Shown: positions 26,785-39,600 of the stretch, one piece after another
How positions within the stretch are numbered: position 1 is the first letter of the stretch
Layout of the letters: the number at the start of each line of letters is the position of its first letter
Assembly (NCBI GenBank): GCA_002633005.1
Contig: NMRA01000025.1
Coordinates: forward strand, 1,660,304 to 1,713,199
Reading direction: 5' to 3'
Origin: Phoronis australis
Taxonomy: Eukaryota; Animalia; Phoronida
Length of the DNA stretch: 52,896 nucleotides
The notes under the pieces: model-generated
The model's input: the letters and a program-made list of their open reading frames with translations, nothing else
What the model was told of the DNA's origin: nothing
The model's database searches: none
Position numbers and translations under genes: made by a program

Positions 26785-27684
26785 TCATTTGCAAGCTTTT
26801 GTATTTACAATGATCTCCACATCAGTGGAATCGTAACTCGGCTCCTTCCGTTGTGACCATGATTTCATTGTCGCCACATGTTGGAACACATGCACAGATG
26901 TGTCATTGAAAACGTCACTATACTTTGTTCCATGTGGAATTCTAAACTCGCACGTGTAAGGCAACAGTTCTTGAATATACATATACTTTTCTTTAAAAAC
27001 TCTTTCTAATAAGTTTTCCTCCATTGCCTTAAAACTATTCCCAATAACAACTATATTCTTCAGGCACTCGCCCCAGTTGGCCCATAACAAATTGTTGTAC
27101 AAAGCTTTCCCACAGTGAGGCATATAGTACAGTGTCTTAACACCAGCTACACGTTTTCCTTCTTCATTATTGTCAATCATTTGCATATCTAGACCTCCCA
27201 GGATTTCCTTCTCCAGCTCACTGAACACTGGATCATACACCAGACATCTCTCTGGCTTCACGCACTCAATTAGCAATAACAATAGACTAAGCTGCCACCT
27301 GGCAGTAGGACATGAACTAAAGTTCCCCAAACCATAGCATACAATCTCTGTCCATGGGTATTCTTTTTTGCTGTCACAGTTCCCATGGCTTGTTTTGCAA
27401 TGAGATTGTAGGCCTCCCATTTCATCGTTACCAGAGTAAGGTCTAGAACTTATTTTCGGGATGTCTTGATCAATCATTGATTGTGCAGCTTGCTTTAATA
27501 CTTGTTCCATGTCTACCCATAATCCATCAGTGATCAAGTCTTGCTTGGCATTATCCAGCTTTTTCTTAAACAGTCCAACATCACAGTGTGTGTCGTCGTG
27601 AACTGGATCCACCAATGGTTGCTTCTTCGCACGCCGAGCGGCCTTACGGCGAGACACAACACAAAACTCAGAGTCAGCCATCAT
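26785..27684 (-). CDS. SRRD: SRR1-like protein (SRR1 domain), 299 aa, intronless CDS
   Basis: Motifs IVCYGLGNF, ARWQLSLL, VYDPVFS, NNEEGKR, TLYYMPHCGKALYNNLLWANW, VIGNSF and DVFNDTSVHVF are typical of SRR1/SRRD. Minus-strand AATAAA at 26725-26730. Confidence 0.93.
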   Translation of the reverse strand: MMADSEFCVVSRRKAARRAKKQPLVDPVHDDTHCDVGLFKKKLDNAKQDLITDGLWVDMEQVLKQAAQSMIDQDIPKISSRPYSGNDEMGGLQSHCKTSHGNCDSKKEYPWTEIVCYGLGNFSSCPTARWQLSLLLLLIECVKPERCLVYDPVFSELEKEILGGLDMQMIDNNEEGKRVAGVKTLYYMPHCGKALYNNLLWANWGECLKNIVVIGNSFKAMEENLLERVFKEKYMYIQELLPYTCEFRIPHGTKYSDVFNDTSVHVFQHVATMKSWSQRKEPSYDSTDVEIIVNTKACK

Positions 27685-27692
27685 AACTTAAC

Positions 27693-30600
27693 TCACTTCC
27701 AGCAAAGTACAATACTGGGGTCTGACTCGATTCTATCACTCAACTCTTGGTGGCTCATTTCTGAAATTGGTTAAGAAAATTCAGAATTATGACTGTTACC
27801 AGAAATTTAAGGAAACCTGACCACCCAAATGTACCACCATGGGTCTATATTCAACCTACTTTTGCAGTCACAATTTAATTTTCTCAGTGTTTGTGAGTTT
27901 TCACAAAACGTCCACTGTCCGTCTAAAACAAAGCTACAATGGTTCATTCAGTGTTTTTAGACTGCCCAGCCATTACATTTGCAACTAGGCAGACTCCTAT
28001 TACAACATTACATGATGCATTTTCTGTTTATAGACCCCTCATTTCCAAAAGTACACAATGTGGGTTTACTTATGGGTTAGAGGAGGCAGTGTGGCCTAGT
28101 TGATAAGTGCCCGGCCCGCTTTCTTTACTCGAGGTCGTGGGTTCGAGTCCCACTGTGTCACATTGCTAAACCCTTGAGCCAGGTTTCCAGCTCCTCAGCT
28201 CAGTTTTAGCCATATATTAATAAAGCATAACAAGAGCAACGCAGAGCGTTGAAATGCGCCCACAATTACACCGCATACGGTATCCTTCTAGGGTTGTTCA
28301 TTGGTACCATAAAGTGGCCAGTAGAGGGCATATATGTAGTATGTTGTACTTTGCAAAATGGAAAGGCATGATCCTTGTCTCCTCAATAGGCTAGGGGCAA
28401 AATGTGAGTAATCTTCATAATACAAGCACATCCTATACACCAGTTGCTTAAAGCACCACAGAAACATAGAATTAAAAACAAATTTACCAACATACGAGAT
28501 TAGCACAGCATTAGAATGCCAGAAACAAATTTCTACTTGGAACTTTTCCTTCATAGTCACGAAGTAACACAAAGTACACACCTGAAGAAAATACAGAGGT
28601 CAATGTAAAATACTAAAATTGCCACTAGAGGCAAATACTAAAATTGCCACTAGAGGAATACCGGTAGTCAGAATCATCCTAAAGTCGTCATCGTCCGTTG
28701 TCAACATCACATAAATACACTTGCTAAATTTAGTAAAGATCCTGCAAACGGTTTGGGAGATACAGCCATGGGCGCAAAAAAAAAACAAAACTACCACTAG
28801 GAGGCGCCACAGTAGTCCAAATCATCTGAAAATCATTGTCAGCTGTCTTCCTTATAGTAAGCACATACACGCCAATTTTCACAATCATCCTTTGAGCGGT
28901 TTGGTTGATAGAGGGGTGGACGCAAAAATACAGACTCGAAAACAGTAAAAATGGCCACTAGGTGGCGCAAACTACGTCGAATCCATCTGAAAACAGTAGG
29001 ATAGCGTCATCTCACTAATAGGTGCCTACATACCAAATTTCATGAAAATCCGTTCAGGACTTTTGAAGATACAAAGGTAAGCGTAAAAAACTAAAATTGC
29101 CACTAGGGGGCACACCGGTAGTCGGATCCGTCCGAAAGTTCGCACATGCCGTCCCATTCATGAATGGAACATATGTGCCAAATTTCATGAACGTATGTCA
29201 AAGGGTTTTGGAGATAGAGCAGCGGACGCCAGACGCCGGACGGACGCCGCCCGGACGGACGGACAGAGATGACGGCATAATGCGTCCACATATAAATATG
29301 TGAGCGCATAAAAATGGTTCCAGGTGATCAGTGCCATGGGCCCACATGCGAGGCATGCGCACGTCTGGTACAACGTATATCAGACCGCATGCAATTATTT
29401 TTTTTACTTATGGGTTACCAGACAGGTAAGGTGTGCTGAGTATACACCATGGAGCTTACTATAAAAATTGCTGAATAATTTAGCCATTCCATCAAAACAG
29501 CAACAAAAATGAAGGAAATCTGATGAGAAAAAAAATTCAGACAAACCTTTTGTGAGAGTAATTGTCAATCGTTTTGAAAACTACAATTACTGCACCTACC
29601 ATTTTTGGAGCATATCTCATCACAACTGTGTAAGCCGTTGAACCAGGATGCGAGTTTGAAGGTTTTGGGTGGTGACAAAGACTCTGTCTGTAGTTTGACG
29701 GGGTAGGGGTGGAGCTTCCTGATAAAGTCGTGGATCAGACCAAATTGAATCAGTCTCCTACAGTGTAAAGTTTAACACAGTGAAACAACAGTACACCCTG
29801 CACCACAAATTTTGCTCGCAGACAATATTTTAGAACACTAGTACCACGTCAACTGTACAAAATACAAATCATTGATGTAAAAGGACAAAACATTTTATGA
29901 GAACATTCATAACCCAATATATATACAACATCGGATGTTCCGCTTCAGTCAAGCATCGTCAGTAACTATACAACCAATGAGAAGTTCAACAGCAAACTAC
30001 AGTACTGCAGTAAAACATCTTATGGTTTATATTATATGTTTTATTGAAATATGAATGTTCTCATGAAACGTTTCGTCTAATTTTTATTAGTATCATGACC
30101 AAAAACTGATATTGTACAATCATTACGTTAGAATACAAGTTGACTTGGCTACACCAAACTTTGATTACAACTGATATTTTTAGAAAAGCTTGGTACGTTC
30201 CTTGTACTTTTATAGATTGTAGCGAGTGTCCCACTTCATCAGATAACTTTCATCAAAAGTTAGCATAGTATATACTTGAGCGAGCAACTGGTACTTTTAT
30301 ACTATTGTGTCCACTCTCAACAAGCTTACATGAGATTTTTAGTCGCGCCTTAAATTATAAGGTAATAGGCGGATATGATGTGCCCTCATTTTGAGAACCA
30401 GTTTTCTCCACTGAATATCAGGCATCAAACTGGTTCTCAAAATGTGAGCACATTAGATCTGACTATTGCCAATTAGAAAATAAGATTTTTAACAAATACA
30501 TGACATATAGCCCCATTTTGGTTGATATGAATCCACATCAGGGTGATGAAAAATGTTCAGTCTGGTATTTGTCTAATTAATTATCAATCATAGCATGTTC

Positions 30601-33600
30601 CATGTAAAACCTCTTCATCATTCACCATTGCACAGTGATAAGACATTATAAATTATCACACCAGATGATAAACCTGCATGAAATACATCAAACATTGACA
30701 TACATCATTTATATGAATTTATAGAAATGGTTGACTTGAGTGTATTAATTAAAAAGAGCATTTATCATAAACGGAGACAAATCAAAATTGTGTGTAATAA
30801 TACCTGAAGTTTTAAAAATCTCGGCACGGACTGAATATTTTGGGAATAAAAACCATATGCTTCGATTCAAAAACAGTATTCTCTCAACATCTCAAATTCA
30901 AATTCCTTTGGTAGAAGTAGAATACACATTGTATGAGTGACCTAGTTTTCGAAAGGTATGGCCACTAACAGACTTCCGCCCTGAGCTGGACTAGTGGGGA
31001 ATGTCCCACTTAGCGTGCCGATTTTTTGTTAGGAGGGGCAGCATTGTGACTCTATAAATCAGTAGAACGGTAATGGTACCAGAATGTCCAGTGATGAACT
31101 GAGTGTGATGTAAAATAGTGGTAAGCACGCCACAGTGACACAACTGCCCTCCTTACACACAGCATTGTGGGTAAATACCACAGAAGCGAGAGAGGTGTTG
31201 TGGCATTTAGGTATGTGATCATTGTAACAACAATTTAGCATGCAGGCTTACTAATAGAATTACAATACACCTCACATTGTGAAATTGAATATGACTAGCT
31301 GGAAACAGGTGACAATAATAAATAAATTCACCGTATTGGCCAAGTCCACAAATTCAGAGCGTACCTTTCATTAACCTTGAGAGTACTCGGGTTATATCTT
31401 GTACAAAGGTCTCGTACAGTGGTGCCAGGAGTCAGCGCACAGTACATTGAGAAGACGTCGCGAAAATGAGGCAGTGACCGTGCTGAAACATTAAGTGATT
31501 GCAGACACATGACCGATGACTGAAGGTCTGTTTCATGATAAGTGACTTAAGACTTGAGTCAAAAATTTGGTCTTGCGCTCCACACAACAATTTCTGGAAA
31601 ATAATTAAATCTCAGTTACGAACAAAAAATGCAGCAAAGTCTCCGACAATAAGGGCTAGTTACTGAGATAATTTCAATAAATTATTTTTATATTTTGATG
31701 TGGTCATAATTACTTGACTAAACTTTTATTCAATAATTGAGAAGTGGGAGTATAAGACCAAATTTCTGTCTTCAAATCTTAAATCACTTTTCACGAAGTT
31801 AACACCACGGCTGGGTTGCATAAAACTTAAAAAATTATCCGCTGGATAAGTTTGATTGTTGTACGTCAGGTTTATTGTTCAACAATAACGGTGTGATGCG
31901 TGATAATGCGACGTCATAGTTGCTATATGGCGTATAACTTTTATGCAACTGGGTCCTGGTTTTCCATACATCTTATCTACCAGCAAATTTCACTTAGAAG
32001 TCAAGGCTCCTATCCACTGTACATATTTATCTACATCCCCTAACTTGTGCTTTTCATACATTCTCATATTTAATGTTCAGATGAATTCATATAAACACAT
32101 AGTACTTTGTAACAGATAAATCAAGGTACATGAAACACACCTAGCCATACATGGTGCACAGTGTGCAAATACATGATGACTTATAATAATGTATAACATT
32201 GCTTCATGTATCACTCATTGACTATTTTAAACTATGAATGACACTTCAAGAAGGCTAACCTTACAAAAAAACGAAGAGAGATGATCATAATTCTTATGAA
32301 AACTTCCAGAATGCATAAAAATGTTAGTCAAGAGTATTTATATCCATAGAAAGGTTGAACTTTTAAAGCTGTTTTTTGCCCTGTTCAGCTGGCTAAAATC
32401 CATGAGGCCTTTTACTTTATAAAATTGGTCTCACAATGTTTCTTATTGTGACAGGATTCTATTTGGATTACCAATAAGAAAGCTTCAGTTTATATGTTGT
32501 CGGCAAATCCTAAAAATAGCACATGTAGGCATTACCTGTGACTTGATCTGATGACGGAATTAGAATCTCATCATAAGGAACGTCATGGAACTGATTTTAT
32601 GAGAGTAAAAAGTCTAATTTGACTTTCCCTTTTTAGCTAGTCAAGCAGGGTGAAATGTAGTTTTAAGTTTCATAAAACAGCCAGCTCGCGAGTGCCCCTA
32701 TCATTTTCATAAAACAGCCAGCTCCTGAGTGCCCCGATCATTTTCATAAAACAGCCAGCTCCCGAGTGCCCCTATCATTTTCACAGACAGCTTACGGCCA
32801 TGTATACTATATTAATTTTGTAAACAGCTGAAGACAACTGTAAACTGCATGTTGACACATACCGTGTTTAGCTACGTACTGTAAGCAATTGGACTGTAGC
32901 AGTTTGTTATGCACCAACTCCTTGATGCGGGCTGTGGTTGTGTAGACGTTAGAATACTGTAAAGGTCAAACAAGGACAGTCAGTGCCAGGTCTGGCAGGA
33001 CTATGGTCGATTGTTTAAAATGAAGTATGTACAGTTGAATTTAGAATAGTTTTTAATAATCTCCTTACTCATCAAGAGACAAGCAACACAAATCACTGTG
33101 GTTACCACATGGAACAGGTACAGTACATCAAAAATTGCTGAGAAACGTCTTATTAGGGGTGCCAGGTGTACTCATTGCACCCCTTTTGCAGGGTAGATTT
33201 TTCTGTAGGAAAAACGGGACGACCAGTGTGCCGTTTGTGGAGCTCATGCCAATGCAGTTTGCCTTTTGCGGGGACAAAATGGACATTTAGGGGCTTATTG
33301 GACCCTGCGCGGGTACCGCAAAACTTGCTGAAAAAGTACTGCCTACCCGCAATTTTTGGTACACGCCTGCGGGCACCTTATCAATATAAGACACTCCCAG
33401 GGGACTCAGGTAGGAAGACGTTGGCCGAAAATAACATAATAATACTGCACGTATTTGCTAGTAAATCTCCACTTATTTTGCCATTTTTCAAAGGTTGATT
33501 TTGATTGCCTTGCTGGAAATGAAGGAAACTTTACCAATATTGTTTTTTATAGTCTGGTCTGCATGCCACCTGTTGGCCACATGACTAGGACACAATCATT

Positions 33601-36600
33601 TGGTCACACTGCAAACCATGCTAGTAAAAGGCTAAAATTTCTTTAATCTTTATTTCTGAGGAGAAACTTTTAATGACAAAATAGAATGTCACTTGTCGGC
33701 CATATCGTGGGCTAAATAAGTGAAGAATTATGGTGCACATAAATAGTGTAAAACACAGGCACAAGTTTCGTATTTAAAAATATGAGAACTTATCACAGCA
33801 TGTGTTTTCAAGAAATTACAACCAGGCCCAGAAATCTTGTTGGCACTCGGTTGAGAATTCATTTTTACTAAAAGCTGTTAAAATTTACTTACCTGAAATA
33901 TCGGTATGAGTTTTATCTTCTTAAAATACCTGAAAAAAAATTAAAAGGAGACCATGTCACTAACATCAATATTCATTCACATTAAAAATGGGGCGGAGTT
34001 AATGACAACAGCCACTTGTGAGACACTCACAATGAGAAATCTTAGCAATGGAAATGTTCAGTTTATACGCTGTGTGTTTATGTATGCATACTGCCATAAC
34101 ACAACAGTCCAATGTGAACACCTAAACTCTTACAGTGGCGCTCAGAGTGAAACACTTGGAATAAACGAAATTTTGCATCATATTACTAAACTCACAAAAC
34201 AAAAAGTATATAGGAAGCACATTCCTGCTTTCAACAAATTTCCAAATTACTGGTTACTTACAGTAGATTCTGCATACATGCTTTCACCAAGTCAAGTTCC
34301 ACGTCAGTTTCTGCAGCGATCTTAGCAACGTGGTTGTAGCCATTGACATGGGAGAGCACCTGAAAAATATCACATTCAGTCACTGCCAGACAGAATGGAG
34401 ATACAGTACAGGGCAAAAGAAATCAAACAAAATACTGTATTCCTCCATCATGACAGCTAATTTTAATAACAGCAAAATTGACTGATAGGGACAACAAAAT
34501 TCTAATTACAGAGTGTTTTAGCCACCTTCTAATTGTCCAGAAAATTCCTCTTCATTCACAGTCATCAGGGGAGACTACTCCGCTGATAAAGTCATGACGG
34601 AATTCTGGGTCATTTTGTCCCAATACTTTTGGCTTGTACTGTATTAGGGACAAAGACCATCCCTTTATTTGAGATTAAAGTTACTAAATAACAAGAATAT
34701 CATAAAGCATTGAAATGTGCTCACAGCTGCACAGCAAATGTAGGCCTATGCTTCTAGGGAAAAATGAAAAGGACTCCTTGTTCCCGTAACAGAAAAATAT
34801 TTGCAGAATTTCATGAAAATTTGTCCAGAAACTCCAAAGATACAAATGAATGAAAAAAAATATAGAATTGCTTCTAGGAGGCACAGCGGTAGTCAGATCT
34901 ATGTAAAAGAAGTTGTCATAGGAATACACATATTTCACAATGAAATGCAAGGAGTTTAGCCGATAGAGCTGTTGTAGCTGCCAAGGGCAGCACAGGGAAT
35001 GATAATCACATGAACAACAAGAGTCATGTTATAAATTGTTTATTCATTATGTCGTTCGTTGTCATGCTTTATAGTCATTCATTTGACTCAAATCGGTTGG
35101 TAAACTACAACAAACAATATAAACTACTAAGAACCACATGTAAGTGTTGACGAAGAAATTTTTTCTGTCAAACGATGCTCTTGTCAGCCCGAATACGTCT
35201 GCCAATTTTGATAATCATCCAGATGATTCAAAAATAATTAAAATGGCCACCAGGCGGCACAGAATACGTTAAATCCATCCCAAACTGAAAAGCTGCTATT
35301 GCCATCATAAGAAAAATTTGTTTGCCAACTTTCATTATAATCCACCACAGAACTCTGAAAATACAGAGGCAACAGTAAAAAAAATGAAATAGCCACTAGG
35401 GGGCGCAGCGATAATCCGATCTTGTCCAAAAAATGTCGTCATCTGTTGTCAGCTTCATAGGAACACATCTGCCAAGTCTCAGTCATTAAGATCCTGCAAG
35501 ATGACGCAAATATGCACCCATATATAAATATGTGAGCGCATAAAATGGCTGCTAGGTGGCACAGAATACATCTGAACTATCCAAAAATAGAAACACATTG
35601 TTTCCCTGCTCACAGAAACCTTTTGCCACGTTCCTGTAATTCCATCAAGAAACGCTGAAGAAACAGAGGTAAACATAAAAACTAAAGTCGCCACTAGGGG
35701 CACAGCAGTAGTCGCCCGTGGCCCATATTTCCAACTGCCACATAGCAGACTGTACAATTCCACTTAACGTTGACAATGCCAGGTGCATTTAATGGCAGCA
35801 GTAAATATCACTTACTTGTTCTAATGTGGAACAGCACGATGCTCTCATTTGAGCCTGATCGCCACTAATGAACACAGGTACATCCTGATCACTGACTATA
35901 GCTGGCTCACAGCCTCCCGTCACTACTTTTAAATGGATAAAGTTGGAGTCATCTGTAATTAACAATTAATTCTGTTTATGTGAAATGACGTATAAGTCGT
36001 GCACTTTGCGTACAAGGCGAAGATGAAGGGACGTCAAATAATTCAATAACAGAATTGGCTTCGCATGCCATATTTTCCATTTTTCTCAAAATACACGGAA
36101 TGTGAAAATTTTTCATGACTTGTGCAGGAAAACAATTTTGAATCGTTTATGTTATATCACTTCACTATAAAGCCTATCTTCAACGATAACACCTGTAAAT
36201 TTGGTTCCTACAGTATGTTAAGAGCATCGCTCTAGCCCACTAGTGCCATAAAATTGCCAAATGTAACGAACTGTTAGGTGTACTGGCTTGCTTTTGTCTA
36301 TGTCACCGCAAGAATCACCTTTTAATTCAAACAGCTGCGAATAACACCCGCACACAATGGTGTTCTATTCAGACCCCTATTCAATACAAGTGTTATCGGC
36401 CTTTTGTTGTTTGTGCTGGGATCTCACGGTGACGCAACATGGCACAAAAAGGCAGCTTCACCTATCATTTGAAGGGCTTTCATTTGTGAGATTGAACTAT
36501 CTGGTGAGTTCAATACATCTAAAATAACAAAATTCCATTGAAGTTAGGCTATAAAGCCACACAACACCACCATGTTTACAACACACCATGTTTGCAACTC

Positions 36601-39600
36601 ACCATGTTTACAACACACCATGTTTACAACACACCATGTTTACAACACACCATGTTTACAACACACCATGTTTACAACACACCATGTTTACAACACACCA
36701 TGTTTACAACACACCATGTTTACAGCACCATCACTATGTTTACAGTACCACCACGTTTAAAACACCACCACCTGTTTATGACACCTCTGAACTATTCCTT
36801 TTTGGTACTTGGTTATGTCAGTTAAAGCTGCCAGGCTCTAGAAAGTTGTGTGTAGGACCACACTCAACTGACTAGCTCTTTATGTTAGAAAAGCAAATTT
36901 GGGCAATCATCACTTACAGGGGTCCAGCATTTTGAGAACTAGCTTGACGCCTATTATTCAGTGGAGAAAACTGGTTCTCAAAATGTGAGACCTTTATGAA
37001 TATTAAGTGACTATTATCCAATTTTGCACTAAAAGCAAAACTCATTTTTTCAACAGCTTATCAAAATCTAATCCAACTGCGATGCAACTCTTTCATTTTT
37101 TCAATAAAAACAGAAACTCATTTTAGATATATAAAGAGGCCAGTGTCAAGTAAATGAGACATAACCAGGTTTATCATTTTGGCAATATCTGTAAAAATGC
37201 ATCTTTGACATTCCACTTTTTGCAGAATGTTATCTTACCTCATTACAAATGAGAAATTTTTGACAAAAATCAACATTTGCTTTATACATAGTACAAGAAC
37301 AATAGAGAGCATGTGTGAATTTGGAATAAATGTGCCACAGACACATCAATACTAATGACACCACAGAGGCCATGTGCTGTAGAAACGTTGAAAGCATAAT
37401 AAATCTTGAGAGGATAGTGAATCCTGTTTTGATGATTTCCAACCAATCCTCATTGTATCACCTGCTAATGCATCATTGCTGTTAACCTTAAAAGATAAAA
37501 GCAGGAATCAACAAAAAACTCATACCCCCTATATCACAGACTGGACATTATGGTTCTTGGTGGGTGGTCTTTACCCACAGTTGCTGAGTAATTCGCTAAA
37601 AGTGTAGGTAATGTTTGCCCATTTAGCAGATTTTGAAAGGAGTTTTCAAAATTTCCCACAAACTTTCGACCGTTGTCAAGGGTTACAGATCATTATTGCA
37701 GTTTAGAGAACAGGATGGGAAAGTTGTTTTTAGCATCTGTTAATAGGCAAAAACCGGATTTGGTATCCTTTTAAGGTTCATCATACGACTAACCCCGCAT
37801 AACTACCTAATTCTATTGAACAACAGCCCGCTGTGTTTAGCTCAACAAGGATCTTCTTCAGAATGATAGGGAGGTTGGTCTTACTTTCTTCTTTAGATAA
37901 GAATCCTTTCTCAATCTGAAAAGAGCAAGTTTGGAATGAAACACGTACTATTTACCAACTGTTTTGACGAATCAACCCTAAGAAATTGACTCTCAAAACT
38001 AGGCCATTTCATAGCAATCTATTGGGATTCAGTTCCTTTTAATTTTATGTCTTGAGATTCCTTCTCACACTGAAACTTGAGAATTCTGAGGTGATTGGAA
38101 CCAATGACAATGACAATGACAATGACAATGACAATGACAATGACAATGACAATTTTGATACTGAATTTACATTAGTTGTTTTAATATTTTCCTGTTTAAG
38201 CAGGGAGTAGGTAGAATTGTCCTTTTAAGTGGTACGAAAGGCAAGTGTCACTTTAGGGGTATCGCATTTTGAGAACCATTTTGACGCCAGTATTAAGTGG
38301 AGAAAACTGTTTCTCAAATTGCAGGACACCTTTAAGTGACCGTTACCGAAAGGGAAAATAAAGCTCATGGGCATGTTCCAAAGTTCAATTTTGACTTCAG
38401 TCTACGATTTGTCTCTACCACCCAATTTCGAAACGTTTACAAACAAAATTACGTCAAACTTAAGACAAAACTTAAGTCAAAAGCTTAAATCAAACTCAAG
38501 GTCACTTTCTTGGAATGGACTTTAGGACAAACTTCAGTTACATCTTAAAATTGAAATAAGTTCAAGATTTATCTTAGCTAAGTCAGTTTTCTTGGAAATG
38601 GTCTCGTGTCTGTTGTTTTCCTGGACTTATCAAATGTTTCCTGTGTTTTTGAAGCATGACAACTGAATACAACAAACTGTTCTGGCTGTTAACGAAGCAA
38701 TCTAGAAGCCAGTTTGATTCCGCAGACTACGTGGTCCAATAAGACTTTTAAGAACCAAACTTACTTCATAAGTGCGCAAGTATCCAGCTAGCTTTTTCAC
38801 CACACCTTCATAGCACTCGGAGTTCTTGATAGTGCAGTCAAAGACGAAACACAGATTGAAGATGAGAGCATTCCTCTTGTACTGATGTCCCTCTATGACG
38901 ACTGGACAACCAAGTATCTTGTAACCAAGGACATTACTGCCAATACATGAAAACAATTCAGTAAAACAATAGCAGCAGAAAATTACCGAACACTGTACAA
39001 AGAGTAATAGCAATGAAAATAATAAACACAGTTTAGCATTCAGTTCATGAATATTTATCACATGAAACAAAATGGCTCCCAGGCATCAGGAAGAAAGCAA
39101 GTCAGGCAGATTAACATTCCAAAAAACAAAAACGTCCCTCAGCTACATTCATGTGTAAATCCTATAGGTCTGAATATTGCCCACTTGATAAGTTTCTTGA
39201 CGTATACACAGGACTTGGAATGACCAATGACAAAAAAGAGGAAAATTTTCCAGGTGAAAGAAATGTTTCAAAGTTTTAGAACACAAACCCTAGCTCAATA
39301 GAATGTCGTCATCCAATGACATCCAGCTATTCACACACCGGCTCCGTTATTTTCCCACCAAATGTTTTACATGTTGCGTGTATTTATTCTTTTGATAATA
39401 CAACTCATAGGAATTTGTGAAACGTCAAGAACTTGCAATAAAGATGGAATTTTATAAACCTTGATCGTCAATTTTATTCTCAGCTACACTTAAGACGAGT
39501 AAAGAGCTTGCCATTCCCAGTGACGTACATTGTGATTAATTTGTTCTGTAGCTCCGGCTTGGTTATAATGAACACGTGAAGGTACCTATCAAACTGTTCC

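Noticed and set aside
27684-27695. NPRL2-SRRD fusion by stop-codon readthrough or selenocysteine at TGA
   Set aside because: The 8-nt spacer puts SRRD out of frame, a second in-frame TGA follows three codons later, and NPRL2 orthologues end at this same WK.
28080-28155. Possible tRNA gene
   Set aside because: A and B boxes are present, but no convincing cloverleaf or acceptor stem; it continues into a TSD-flanked body, so it is a SINE head.
36538-36875. Overlapping His/Thr-rich ORFs in three frames
   Set aside because: They are translations of the 16-bp minisatellite in an NPRL2 intron.
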